A DNA stretch of 64,000 nt. Origin: Dehalococcoidia bacterium (GTDB lineage Bacteria > Chloroflexota > Dehalococcoidia > Plut-88900). Under the pieces are notes generated by a model, which was not told where the DNA came from, did no database searches, and worked only from the letters and a program-made list of their open reading frames with translations. This document shows positions 30,708 through 43,120 of the stretch, piece by piece (the first letter of the stretch is position 1; each line of letters opens with the position of its first letter). Location of the stretch: the NCBI GenBank assembly GCA_965197585.1, contig OZ240215.1, positions 3,072,001 to 3,136,000 on the forward strand, in the 5' to 3' direction. The position numbers and the translations under genes were made by a program.

Positions 30708-32095
30708 ATGCACCGTTCCAGAACCTCCCTACGTTTTGCTGTTAAGCTTCTGCTTGGAGCCACACTTCTTATTGCCATTCTGGCACTGGTTATCGGGTGT
30801 ACTTCCTCAGCCCCTGAGATGGCAGAGACTGACCCCATCCCTCCCCAGATCGAGGTCACCACGCAACCAACGGACACCTCTCGGCCTACTCCTACACCAC
30901 GTCCTACATCGACACCGCGTCCCACACCAACCCCCGTCCCTACGCCTACACCACGCGCATGGCCGTTCGCGGATTCGGATGGAGAATGGGTAATTGACAC
31001 TGAAATCGATGCACTAACTGGCGAGGAGAAAATACTTGCTTGGCTCCGACCAAGGGGCCACACAACATCAAGCAATGGGGCCTTGATCGTTCGATGCGGC
31101 TATGATGAAGGAGAGGACGCTGAAGCGATAGTCGGATTCGACGATGAATTGGAGGGGAGTGTTTTTCTAGAAGTTCAATATCGTTTCGATGATGGCGACA
31201 TTGAAACCGAGAGGTGGGTTATCTCCACTAATAATCGCGGGCTTTTTGCCCGATCTCCGGTCGAATTCATTTGGCGCGTGATGCACGCACAAGAACTAGC
31301 AATAAGGGAAGAGACTGGTCAAACGCTGGTCTTTGATGTTAGCGGTTTGGCCAATGTTCTTTACCCGCATCGTGAGAAGTGCAATTGGATTGACCCGTGG
31401 TCACGCCCCACATCCAGATCTGTCCCTACGCCTACATCGGAGAACCGAGTAGCAACAAGTGGAGCGTGCTCTCCAGTTGATTTCTCCGAGATTAACGAAC
31501 TTCTGAGGTTCTATGCGAGAGGGTAGCGTGTATAGAGGCGGATGGAAGGCAGGGCTCTGGATTTGTAGTTAGGAACACCGATTCAGGCGAGGGCTTCTTA
31601 TTGACTAATGCCCATGTGGTGGGAGTTGACCCCACTAACGTGTCGGTGCATTTGGAAAATGTCGTTTACAGTGGGGAGGTGCTAAGAACCAGTGAAGAGC
31701 GAGACTTGGCGATGTTGCGTATCTGCTGTGGCAACTTCGTTGTGTTAAAGCGGGAAAATAGAGGTGTGCAATTTGGTGAGTGGGTAGGGGCTTTAGGATT
31801 TCCAAATGGGAAGTTTGCATATTCTTCAGGGCAAGCAAGGACAATAGTTTATGGTTCATTTAACACGTATTTGGAGCATACTGCCGACGTACAGCCGGGA
31901 GGAAGTGGTGGGCCGCTGTTGGCATACCCGTTGGAGGCTATATCGAGAGCCAGGGAAGGCGAAGATTTGAGTTTAGAAGAAGGGGAGATTTTGGCCGTGT
32001 TAGGGGTCACTTCAGCTAAATCTACGGAGTACGATTACACCACGTATACTCTCTTTCAATCGGACGTCAGACAATTTGTAGGTGGCGACTGGTAA
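30708..32095 (+). pseudogene. Lipoprotein: Pro/Thr linker, VasI/EvfG-like domain, trypsin-like protease; split by a 1-nt frameshift near 31522
   Basis: Lipobox-like LVIG-C, PT repeats; the -1 frame continues VACIEADGRQGSGF..TNAHV..DLAML..PGGSGGPL. Confidence 0.7.
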
Positions 32096-32147
32096 AATTA
32101 TGGACGATCAGCTTGATGACTTAAGCATAGAAAGACTGAGGTGAACT

Positions 32148-32384
32148 ATGAGTCCAGAGGTAACCGCGCAGCGAATGTGTGAAGTGCTAAGACTTATAGA
32201 CGAGGCATTGGGGTGCAGCCACTCGGTCGCAGAGCATGAGCGTAAGTGGTGTATGGATAGGAAGCTCGTGAAGGAGCTTGAGGGAGAGAATGGGCCTATA
32301 CTCACATTGACGAATGATGGGATGCGGATGCTTGACCATTGGAGTCGCATCAACAGCGGTAAGAAGGATGATCAGGAGGAATAG
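32148..32384 (+). CDS. Small hypothetical protein
   Basis: GAGGTG RBS, 78-aa ORF. Confidence 0.5.
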   Translation: MSPEVTAQRMCEVLRLIDEALGCSHSVAEHERKWCMDRKLVKELEGENGPILTLTNDGMRMLDHWSRINSGKKDDQEE

Positions 32385-32450
32385 GTGACTTCACACTATG
32401 ACAGTTAAGAAGGGCCCAGAATTTCAAAATCCCACTCTCAAAGAGAACCG

Positions 32451-32612
32451 ATGAGAGAGATTAGCGAGGAGACATCCTTCACCCTGGAGTCGGCTTACGA
32501 CTCCGTGAAGCCGTCACAAAGACCAGAGCCATTCGATGAGATCACTCGAACAGCCAAGGACGAAAAGGCTGAACGGACCGCACGTGAGCCAAGGGACCAT
32601 GTCGATTCCTAG
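32451..32612 (+). CDS. 53-aa AbrB/VapB-like antitoxin remnant lacking the AbrB domain
   Basis: MREISEETSFTLESAYDSVKPSQRPEPFDEITRTAKDEKAERT; overlapped by a PIN-like stub RFLDGNV. Confidence 0.45.
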   Translation: MREISEETSFTLESAYDSVKPSQRPEPFDEITRTAKDEKAERTAREPRDHVDS

Positions 32613-32638
32613 ACGGGAATGTAAACTTACCTAAACGT

Positions 32639-32671
32639 AAGGCCCCCGACCTCTGAGGTCGGGGGCCTTTT
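32639..32671. terminator. Rho-independent terminator hairpin
   Basis: aaggcccccgacctc-t-gaggtcgggggcctttt. Confidence 0.8.
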
Positions 32672-32678
32672 CCTTTCT

Positions 32679-32717
32679 TGGTAACGGGGGTTGATTCAAA
32701 CCAGCCCCTTCGGGTTT
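32679..32717 (-). repeat. Degenerate copy of tRNA-fMet 3' half (att-like)
   Basis: tggtaacgggggttgattcaaaccagccccttcgggttt versus tRNA tggtagcgggggttggattcgaaccaacgaccttcgggtta. Confidence 0.75.
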
Positions 32718-32807
32718 AGAGACTCATATAACTGATTCTAATGGCTGATTTGTTGTGCAACTATCACTCATGGATTTGATGTTGATTTCAATTGACACGA
32801 TGCCTTA

Positions 32808-33227
32808 TCAGAGGACATGAGATAGCCACACCCACAATGCTCCGCCCACTATCAGAGAAGTGGAGATTCCTACCGCTGCCACCTCTTGGTGGGTTGCACG
32901 ACTACGAGGTAGTTTCTTGTGCCAAGAGCCATAAAGGTTGTAATGACCGGCGAATACAAAAGGATATGCAGCAAATACTAGTATCGCTGTCCCTAAGAGT
33001 CTGGCAACGGTATTGGTTGAAATGGAGCTCGCAAGGGGTACGATGAACACTCCCAAAACCAACAATAGGAAAGATATCCCTACGAAAGCATCAGATAACG
33101 TCAGCCAAGTTACATATTGTTTTTCCATAGAAATTTCGCGTTTGATCCTCCAGACAAAGGCGCTGACTTGAAACCCAGCCAACACAGCTGCAACAGTCCA
33201 TAGTTGCGGCAGTTCTATCAATTCCAT
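32808..33227 (-). CDS. Hypothetical 4-TM membrane protein
   Basis: AAGGAG RBS, four hydrophobic segments, low GC. Confidence 0.75.
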   Translation of the reverse strand: MELIELPQLWTVAAVLAGFQVSAFVWRIKREISMEKQYVTWLTLSDAFVGISFLLLVLGVFIVPLASSISTNTVARLLGTAILVFAAYPFVFAGHYNLYGSWHKKLPRSRATHQEVAAVGISTSLIVGGALWVWLSHVL

Positions 33228-33308
33228 TACTTCTCCTTAGGACACTACTCAGAGCATCAGCTTTCGCAATCCTATCGAACCAAATCGAAGATTGCAAACC
33301 GAGGTTCC

Positions 33309-33346
33309 AAAAAGGAAAGACCCCCGAGCAATCGGGGGCCTTTTTC
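33309..33346 (-). terminator. Terminator of the 23S-tRNA transcript
   Basis: cccccga-gcaa-tcggggg hairpin flanked by A and T tracts. Confidence 0.75.
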
Positions 33347-33352
33347 TGTCTT

Positions 33353-33427
33353 TGGTAGCGGGGGTTGGATTCGAACCAACGACCTTCGGGTTATGAGCCC
33401 GACGAGCTGCCACTGCTCCACCCCGCG
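33353..33427 (-). tRNA. tRNA-fMet (CAT), initiator
   Basis: CGCGGGG..GGGCTCATAACCC..GTTCGAAT..CCCCGCTACCA; C1:A72 mismatch, three G-C pairs in anticodon stem, encoded CCA. Confidence 0.97.
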
Positions 33428-33502
33428 TCGTAAGCGGTGGGTATGAGCCCGAACCGCGGTGTTGAATAGAGAATTAGAACGTTCTGCACGTGTCATAATG
33501 CA

Positions 33503-36636
<3,134 letters not shown>

Positions 36637-36652
36637 TACATTAAGACCCGGA

Positions 36653-36687
36653 CAGAACGTTCTTCTCTATTCAGTTTTTAATGTGCT
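36653..36687 (-). other. 5' arm of the 23S processing stem and boxA-like leader
   Basis: cagaacgttcttctctattc is the near-complement of 33464-33486; minus strand reads GCACATTAAAAACTGAATAG. Confidence 0.75.
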
Positions 36688-36824
36688 CCTCAGACAAACA
36701 AGCGGCCCGATGTTCCTCAAGCCGCTCTAGAGTACTCATCAAGTTGTTATTGATTGTCAGTACGTCAATTGGGTGTTGGCCGGACCTACCCGGCTATACC
36801 TGTTCCTTCCGAGGTGTAACGGAA

Positions 36825-36853
36825 AGTATATGTTCATGATTTGGCGGTGTCAA
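36825..36853 (-). promoter_or_regulatory. Sigma70 promoter of the 23S gene, TTGACA-N17-TATACT
   Basis: Near-consensus motifs about 190 nt upstream of the 23S 5' end. Confidence 0.85.
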
Positions 36854-37251
36854 GACTCCGGGATACACCCAGTACTGATAGAAGGGCGGCTCGGGTCCCG
36901 GGTGTGCAGGGTTTCAGGCTTAAAACTCGCTTAAATAACCCTTGTAAACGTGGTGTGGTGGGACTATCGTTGCTCGCGCTTAAGATGGTCATGAAGGTAA
37001 GCAGATGACAGAGACAGGAGCCCGAAAACGTTCTTGAACATAGGTGAGACTGGAAACGGGATCACCCTCACTCCCCTCGGCGAGTCCTCGGCTCTCCTCA
37101 GCGAGCCTATGGCTCTGGCCCTCTCGCGCCTCGACGCTTCTACGACCCATCGAGGGAGAGGGGTCAGAACGTCCTCCCAGCCCTCGGGGCCCGAGGAGCC
37201 TGAAGGTCTCATCGGCAGAGGCAATAGCGGACCGGAGAAAGGCTGACCGGA

Positions 37252-38646
37252 ATGCCGGTGGGAGAGCTGGCCGCTCTGCTGTCCGCCCTCATCTTTTCGA
37301 TGACGGCGGTGGTCGACAAGTTGATGACCCGGAGGTTCAGGCCCCTGCCCCTGTCCTCGCTTTCGGCCGCGGGTGGCGCTCTGTTCGCCCTGTTGCTGAT
37401 GTTCGTCACGGGGGAGGCGTCCAAGCTGCCCGACACCCCGGTGGCCTATCTGGCATTGGCCGTAGCCGGGTCCGTCCTGGGGCTGTGCATCGGGATGCCG
37501 CTTTACTTCCGGTTTCTGGCGTCGGTGGACGTGAGCAAAGTCACCCCTCTTACCAGCGGGTTGCAGACCCTTCTGGCAGTGCTGATTGGCTTCACTCTGC
37601 TGGGAGAAGACTCGTCTCTGATTGGGTTGGCCGGCATTGCGGCAATAGTGATAGGGATGTATTCCCTTACCTTCTCCCAGAGGCGTCAAGTGGAAGCCTC
37701 CCAGGCCCGATTCCTGGGGCCGAAGGGGATGCTCTTCATGCTATTTATAGTATCCACGTTTGTCGGGAGTACAGCCCTGCAGAAGATTGCCGTGGACGAG
37801 GTGGGTTCGGTGATAGCGAATGCCGTGAGGCTGGCCCCGGTGGTATTGTTGCTCTCAATGATGGCAACCTACAACATGGACTTTCTCCTTGGCAGCGACA
37901 CCCGGGTCCCGAGCAGGTCGCCCAAAAGCCTGGCGGCGCGTCGACGCAGAAGGGCACAGCAACGTCCTGCCCCTATGAGTCACCTGTTCCGTATGCCCCG
38001 GCTGCTCCACGTTCCCTACTGGGCCCGACGCCGGGCCCCGCGTCAGCCTGCAATGCGCCGAATTCCAGCCCGCATCAGGCCGCCCGTCTACTGGGATCAG
38101 CTGGATAAGCTAGGGGCGAACATCCGGGAGATTGGAGGCGCCTTCGAGCAGGTGGAGAGGCGCAGAGGGAGAGGGGGTCTGCGGTACAGGGTAGATCTGC
38201 CCGGGTCCTACGCTCCCGAGGCCACCCTGACCGCGATGCCCGAGGTCGCGGCGGCCCGCTGGACTGGACATTGGGCGGGGCTGCACCGTGTCGAGATTGC
38301 CCTGCACCCCCCCGACGAACAGGTGCGTGTTGGGTTGGGGCCGATGTTCGGAGGTGGGGGGCCCCTCATCGGTGCCGCGAGGGTTAGGGTTGTGAGACTC
38401 GGGGGGAGGAGCTACCTGCCGCTCCTGTTCCCGGTTATCAACGGTGCCCTATCGATGGGAGTTGCAAGTCTTCTGATGCTGGTAGCCCTTGACCGGGTTG
38501 GACTTGCGGTAACGTCGACATTGATGAGCACCCAGCTGCTATGGATCATTCTGCTGTCGTCGCTGTTGTTGAGGGAAAGGCTGGGCTGGAAGACCATAAT
38601 GGGTATAGCGGCGACCGCCGTTGGCGTAGTGCTGGTAGTGCTGTGA
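37252..38646 (+). CDS. DMT/EamA transporter with a large Arg-rich insertion
   Basis: Two EamA repeats (..LLGED, ..LLRERLGW) interrupted by about 180 hydrophilic residues. Confidence 0.8.
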   Translation: MPVGELAALLSALIFSMTAVVDKLMTRRFRPLPLSSLSAAGGALFALLLMFVTGEASKLPDTPVAYLALAVAGSVLGLCIGMPLYFRFLASVDVSKVTPLTSGLQTLLAVLIGFTLLGEDSSLIGLAGIAAIVIGMYSLTFSQRRQVEASQARFLGPKGMLFMLFIVSTFVGSTALQKIAVDEVGSVIANAVRLAPVVLLLSMMATYNMDFLLGSDTRVPSRSPKSLAARRRRRAQQRPAPMSHLFRMPRLLHVPYWARRRAPRQPAMRRIPARIRPPVYWDQLDKLGANIREIGGAFEQVERRRGRGGLRYRVDLPGSYAPEATLTAMPEVAAARWTGHWAGLHRVEIALHPPDEQVRVGLGPMFGGGGPLIGAARVRVVRLGGRSYLPLLFPVINGALSMGVASLLMLVALDRVGLAVTSTLMSTQLLWIILLSSLLLRERLGWKTIMGIAATAVGVVLVVL

Positions 38647-38668
38647 GGGTCTCGGGAGGGGTTGGCGT

Positions 38669-39685
38669 TTGGGACTAGGTGAAATTATGGCTCTGCTGGC
38701 CGCGGCGACCGTTGCCTGCAGCAGTGTGCTGAACAAGTACCTAACCCGACGCATGCCTGTAGTGTCGCTGAACGCGACGCGAACCATGGGAGCAGCAACG
38801 TTCCTGGTCATCCTGTTCTTCGCCTCCGGTGCCCCTGCTGGCCTGCCCTCCGTCGACTACGGAGGATTGGGTCTCATAGTGGTGGGAGGGTTGGTGACCA
38901 CCCTTATCGGGGACACGCTGTTCCTCAAATTCCTGCGCACCGTGGACGTAGCGAAAACAAGCACGATGGCGCAGGCGGTGAATACTCTGCTAATGGTGGG
39001 GGCCGGCGCCCTGCTGCTGGACGAAGATGTTACTCTGCTGACCCTGTTGGGTACGGGGTTCGTAGTCGGCGGGATATACCTGCTGGGCCAGACAGGCTCG
39101 TCCCCGGTGGATCCGGCGAAGGACCTCCTGAAACCCCGTAAGTTTTTGACCCTCGTGTTCATCGTATCTCTATGGGTGTTGGGGGTAGGGCTTATGCGCG
39201 AAGGACTGAGGGACGTCGACGCGGTGACCGGAAACGCGGCGAGGATGGTTGTCATTGCTGCATTCCTGGTTACGGCACTCGGGATGCAGCAGGGGCAGAA
39301 ATTGACGGCGGAAGTGTCCGGGCACAGGCGGGAGCGGCGAATCGCCCAACCCAACGTCGCCTATCACCCCACCCCCGAGACCCATCACCCTCGCCCGGCA
39401 GGGTCCGGCGTGCATACACGGGGCCTGCGCCCCAGGGGCCCGAGGCTCAATCGAGTGAACGTGGGGTTGGGGATCCTTTCGGGGAGCCTGAGCCTTGGCC
39501 TCGGCACGACATTCATGTTCGTGGCACTCAAGGAGGCTGGAGCGGCGGTGACCATGGTGATCTTCAACGTCCAGCTGCTGATACTGGCACCTCTTTCGAT
39601 GATCGTGCTCCGGGAGAGGTTGAACTGGAGGGCGGGCCTGGGTATCGTCGTGACTATGGTTGGTATCATAATCGTGATACTGTGA
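38669..39685 (+). CDS. DMT/EamA transporter
   Basis: Two EamA repeats, VLRERLNW; about 55-aa Arg/Pro insertion at the same site. Confidence 0.85.
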   Translation: MGLGEIMALLAAATVACSSVLNKYLTRRMPVVSLNATRTMGAATFLVILFFASGAPAGLPSVDYGGLGLIVVGGLVTTLIGDTLFLKFLRTVDVAKTSTMAQAVNTLLMVGAGALLLDEDVTLLTLLGTGFVVGGIYLLGQTGSSPVDPAKDLLKPRKFLTLVFIVSLWVLGVGLMREGLRDVDAVTGNAARMVVIAAFLVTALGMQQGQKLTAEVSGHRRERRIAQPNVAYHPTPETHHPRPAGSGVHTRGLRPRGPRLNRVNVGLGILSGSLSLGLGTTFMFVALKEAGAAVTMVIFNVQLLILAPLSMIVLRERLNWRAGLGIVVTMVGIIIVIL

Positions 39686-39698
39686 AGAGGACGGAACA

Positions 39699-39733
39699 CC
39701 TCTACCCCACCCTCCTCCCACCGAAGGGAGAGA
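39699..39733. repeat. Degenerate REP-like element
   Basis: cctctaccccaccctcctcccaccgaagggagaga resembles 5532-5566. Confidence 0.4.
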
Positions 39734-39746
39734 CACTTTCCAATCG

Positions 39747-40040
39747 ATGAAGACAGGCGTTTGTCTTATACGGCTCCGGCTGCCGGAAAACGGGTCCCTG
39801 AAGGGGAAGAGGCGGATTATCAAGTCTCTGATGGCGCGGGCGCAGAACAAGTTCAACATCTCCATAGCCGAGGTGGACGACCAGGAACGATGGCAGTCCG
39901 CTACAATCGGGTTCAGCTTCGTGGGCAACGACGCCGCATTCGTCAACGACGTCCTGTACCGGGTCCTGAGCTTCATCGAGGCTATAAGTCACGATGCCGA
40001 GGTGCTGGACTACCAGACGGAGCTGCTGGAGGTGTTCTAG
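39747..40040 (+). CDS. DUF503 (YlxP) family protein
   Basis: SLKGKRRIIKSL..KFNISIAEVDDQERWQ. Confidence 0.9.
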   Translation: MKTGVCLIRLRLPENGSLKGKRRIIKSLMARAQNKFNISIAEVDDQERWQSATIGFSFVGNDAAFVNDVLYRVLSFIEAISHDAEVLDYQTELLEVF

Positions 40041-40057
40041 CCCTCCGGCCCCGGTGA

Positions 40058-42352
40058 TTGCAGTTGGACACCTCTGACGTACTATCAACAATCAAAAGGC
40101 ACCCCGACTACGATGGGCAGATAGTCCACGTAGAGGCTATTCTACACAGGGAAGGCTCCTATAGCGGGGCCAGGGTCAAGTTCAAGCCCGCGCTGGAGCG
40201 AGCACTTTCGGTGTTGAACTTGGGGACCCTCTTCTCCCACCAGGCCCGAGCCCTGGGCGCACTGTCCGAGGGCGCCAACGTCATGGTCGCTACACCCGCG
40301 GCCAGTGGCAAGAGCCTTATCTATAACGCCGCCGTTGTGAATCACATCCTGGAGGACCGGGCGACGGCCGCGCTGTATCTGTTCCCGACCAAGGCCCTGG
40401 CCCAGGACCAGTGGCGGGCGCTAAACGATCTGCTGCAGGCCGACCGTGGACTTGGCAAGATCACGGTCAGCACCTTCGACGGGGACACGCCCACCGAGGA
40501 ACGAGGGCGGATCAGGAGGTCGGCACAGATAGTGCTCACCAACCCGGACATGCTCCACTTCGGGATGCTGCCCAATCACAAGAACTGGAACCGGATGCTG
40601 AGTCGGCTCAAATATGTCATTCTCGACGAGGCGCACGTGTACAGGGGGGTGTTCGGGTCTCACGTGGCCAACATACTGCGGCGGCTGCGGAGGGTGTGTC
40701 GGCTGTACGGGTCTTCACCGCAATTCATATTGTGCTCGGCGACGATTGCGAACCCAAAAGAGCACGCCGAGGCGCTAGTCGGAAGGGATTTCGAGGTCGT
40801 CTCGGAAGACGGATCACCGAGCGGCAACAAGACGTTCACGTTCTGGAACCCGCCTATTATCGACGAAGCCCGCAGCGCACGCCGCAGCACTACTACCGAA
40901 GCCACCTTCCTGTTCACCCGTCTCGTAGCTCGGGGGATCAGGACCTTGGCCTTCGCCCGGACCAGGCGTGTAGCGGAGCTTATCTACATGTACGCCAAGG
41001 AGAATTTCGATAGGACATTGCCGGAGCTTGGGCAGCGGATAAGCCCCTACCGGGCGGGGTATCTCGCAGAGGACCGGCGGCGCATTGAGCGGGGCCTGAT
41101 AGACGGCGAGCTTCTCGGGGTCTGTACCACAAATGCCTTGGAGCTGGGCGTGGACATCGGGGATCTGGACGCCACGATCCTGACGGGATATCCGGGCACC
41201 ATCGCCAGCGCATGGCAGCAGGCGGGGCGGAGCGGGCGTCGAGGCGAAGGTTCGCTGACTGTGATGATCGGCCAGGCTAATCCGCTTGACCAGTATTTCA
41301 TGCGCAACCCATCAGACTTCTTCGACAAGGCGCACGAGCACGCGCTCGTGGCGCCGTCGAACCCGTACATACTGGAACCTCACCTTCTGTGTGCCGCCTA
41401 CGAATGGCCGTTGTCCCCGTCGGACGTGGAGCTTTTCGGGGAGGGGGTGAAGGAGAATATGCGTCGGCTGGAAAAAGAAGGATCGTTGAAGCAGGTCAAG
41501 GGGAGATTGCATTTAACGCCGGAGATAGACTATCCGACGGAAGCGGTGAACATTCGCTCCGCATCCAGGCGCAACTACCAGGTGGTGCTGGAGGGGTCGG
41601 GCCGGGTGATCGAGACGGTGGACGAAGGCACGGCGTTTTCTCAGGCTCATCCGGGTGCGGTTTACCTCCACCAGGGGGAATCGTTTCTGGTGACGGAGCT
41701 GGACATTGATGCCGCACTGGTCTTTGTCAGGCCGACCGACGTTGACTACTACACTCAGACCAACCACGTTACCGATCTCCGCATTGTGCAGGTGGAAGAG
41801 GAGAAACGATCTGCAGGGGTGGCTGTGTATCGGGGCTGGGTGGAGGTGTCCAACACCATATGGGGATACAAGAAAAAGAAGAGGATAACGGAAGAGTTCC
41901 TAGGCGAGGAGATCCTTGACCTACCGTCCCAGACCTATCACACGCAGGCCCTGTGGTTCGACATCCCGATATGGGCCCAAGACCGGATAATGAGAGACCA
42001 CGTCGACTTCCCAGGGGGGCTGCACGCAGCGGAGCACGCCGCTATCGGACTGCTGCCCATGTTTGCCATGTGTGACCGCGCGGACATCGGCGGCCTATCG
42101 ACACCCATGCACATGGACACGGGTAAGCCGCAGATATTCATCTACGACGGGCATCCGGGCGGGGTGGGGATAACTGAGAAGGGGTTCGAGCTAATACGTG
42201 AGCTCTGGAGGACCACCCTCGATGCCCTGGAAGGGTGCCCGTGCAAATACGGGTGCCCGAGTTGCATACAATCGCCGAAGTGCGGCAACAACAACGAGCC
42301 CCTGGACAAGACCGCGGCTCGGTACATTCTAGAGGCTCTGCTGGCAGAATGA
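40058..42352 (+). CDS. DEAH helicase with DUF1998 Zn domain (MrfA/Hrq1-like)
   Basis: ASGKSL, TNPDML, LDEAH, QQAGRSGR, CPCKYGCPSC. Confidence 0.93.
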   Translation: MQLDTSDVLSTIKRHPDYDGQIVHVEAILHREGSYSGARVKFKPALERALSVLNLGTLFSHQARALGALSEGANVMVATPAASGKSLIYNAAVVNHILEDRATAALYLFPTKALAQDQWRALNDLLQADRGLGKITVSTFDGDTPTEERGRIRRSAQIVLTNPDMLHFGMLPNHKNWNRMLSRLKYVILDEAHVYRGVFGSHVANILRRLRRVCRLYGSSPQFILCSATIANPKEHAEALVGRDFEVVSEDGSPSGNKTFTFWNPPIIDEARSARRSTTTEATFLFTRLVARGIRTLAFARTRRVAELIYMYAKENFDRTLPELGQRISPYRAGYLAEDRRRIERGLIDGELLGVCTTNALELGVDIGDLDATILTGYPGTIASAWQQAGRSGRRGEGSLTVMIGQANPLDQYFMRNPSDFFDKAHEHALVAPSNPYILEPHLLCAAYEWPLSPSDVELFGEGVKENMRRLEKEGSLKQVKGRLHLTPEIDYPTEAVNIRSASRRNYQVVLEGSGRVIETVDEGTAFSQAHPGAVYLHQGESFLVTELDIDAALVFVRPTDVDYYTQTNHVTDLRIVQVEEEKRSAGVAVYRGWVEVSNTIWGYKKKKRITEEFLGEEILDLPSQTYHTQALWFDIPIWAQDRIMRDHVDFPGGLHAAEHAAIGLLPMFAMCDRADIGGLSTPMHMDTGKPQIFIYDGHPGGVGITEKGFELIRELWRTTLDALEGCPCKYGCPSCIQSPKCGNNNEPLDKTAARYILEALLAE

Positions 42353-42355
42353 GAC

Positions 42356-43120
42356 ATGAGGGTTAGAGTCCTGGGAGCGCACCAGCTGGAGACCCGGGAC
42401 ACGAGGCTCACGTCGTTCCTAATAGACGGTGTCCTGGCCGTAGACGCGGGTAGTCTTACATCTGGTTTGACCTTGGAGGAACAGGAGTCGGTGGAGGCGA
42501 TTCTGATTACCCACCATCACTTCGATCACTGTCGTGACCTGCTCACCTTCGGCCTGAACACCCGTGGGTCGACTACGGACGTGTACGCTTGTCCCGAGGT
42601 GCTGGATAGCCTTTCAACCAACCTCGTGAACGGCTCCATTTACCCCGACCACACCCGCACCCCCGCCAACGCCCCTTCCTTCCGCTTTAACCCCATTGAA
42701 CCGGGACTTGAGAATGCCGTGGGAGACTATTCTGTTTTGCCGTTCCGAGTCCCCCACGGCCCCCCGACGTACGGGTTTCAGGTGACGAGCCCTGACGCCC
42801 GGCGATTCTTCTACAGCGGGGACACGGGCCCCGGCTTCTCGGAAGAGTGGGATGCGGTCTCGCCTGACGTATGTTTCATTGAGACGTCGTACCCGGACCG
42901 GATGGAAGCTGAGGCCCGGGCTCGGAACCATTTAACCCCTGGGCTCCTGGCCGGCGAGCTTAGGAAAATCGAGGAAAGCAACGGCGGACTCCCGACAGTG
43001 TGGGCGGTCCACTTGAACCCCCGGTATGAGACGGAGATCAGAGAGGACCTCGTGACAGCATCTCAAGGGTTGGGCATTAAGATAGAGGCGGCGTACGAAG
43101 ACTTGGAGCTGGAGGTCTAA
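42356..43120 (+). CDS. MBL-fold hydrolase (class II cAMP phosphodiesterase-like)
   Basis: AVDAGSL, THHHFDH, YSGDTGP. Confidence 0.85.
   Translation: MRVRVLGAHQLETRDTRLTSFLIDGVLAVDAGSLTSGLTLEEQESVEAILITHHHFDHCRDLLTFGLNTRGSTTDVYACPEVLDSLSTNLVNGSIYPDHTRTPANAPSFRFNPIEPGLENAVGDYSVLPFRVPHGPPTYGFQVTSPDARRFFYSGDTGPGFSEEWDAVSPDVCFIETSYPDRMEAEARARNHLTPGLLAGELRKIEESNGGLPTVWAVHLNPRYETEIREDLVTASQGLGIKIEAAYEDLELEV

Noticed and set aside
30864-30957. Short tandem repeats
   Set aside because: Explained by the Pro/Thr linker of the lipoprotein.
37034-37246. 70-aa ORF upstream of the EamA pair
   Set aside because: No clear RBS or recognisable motif; cannot be supported without homology data.
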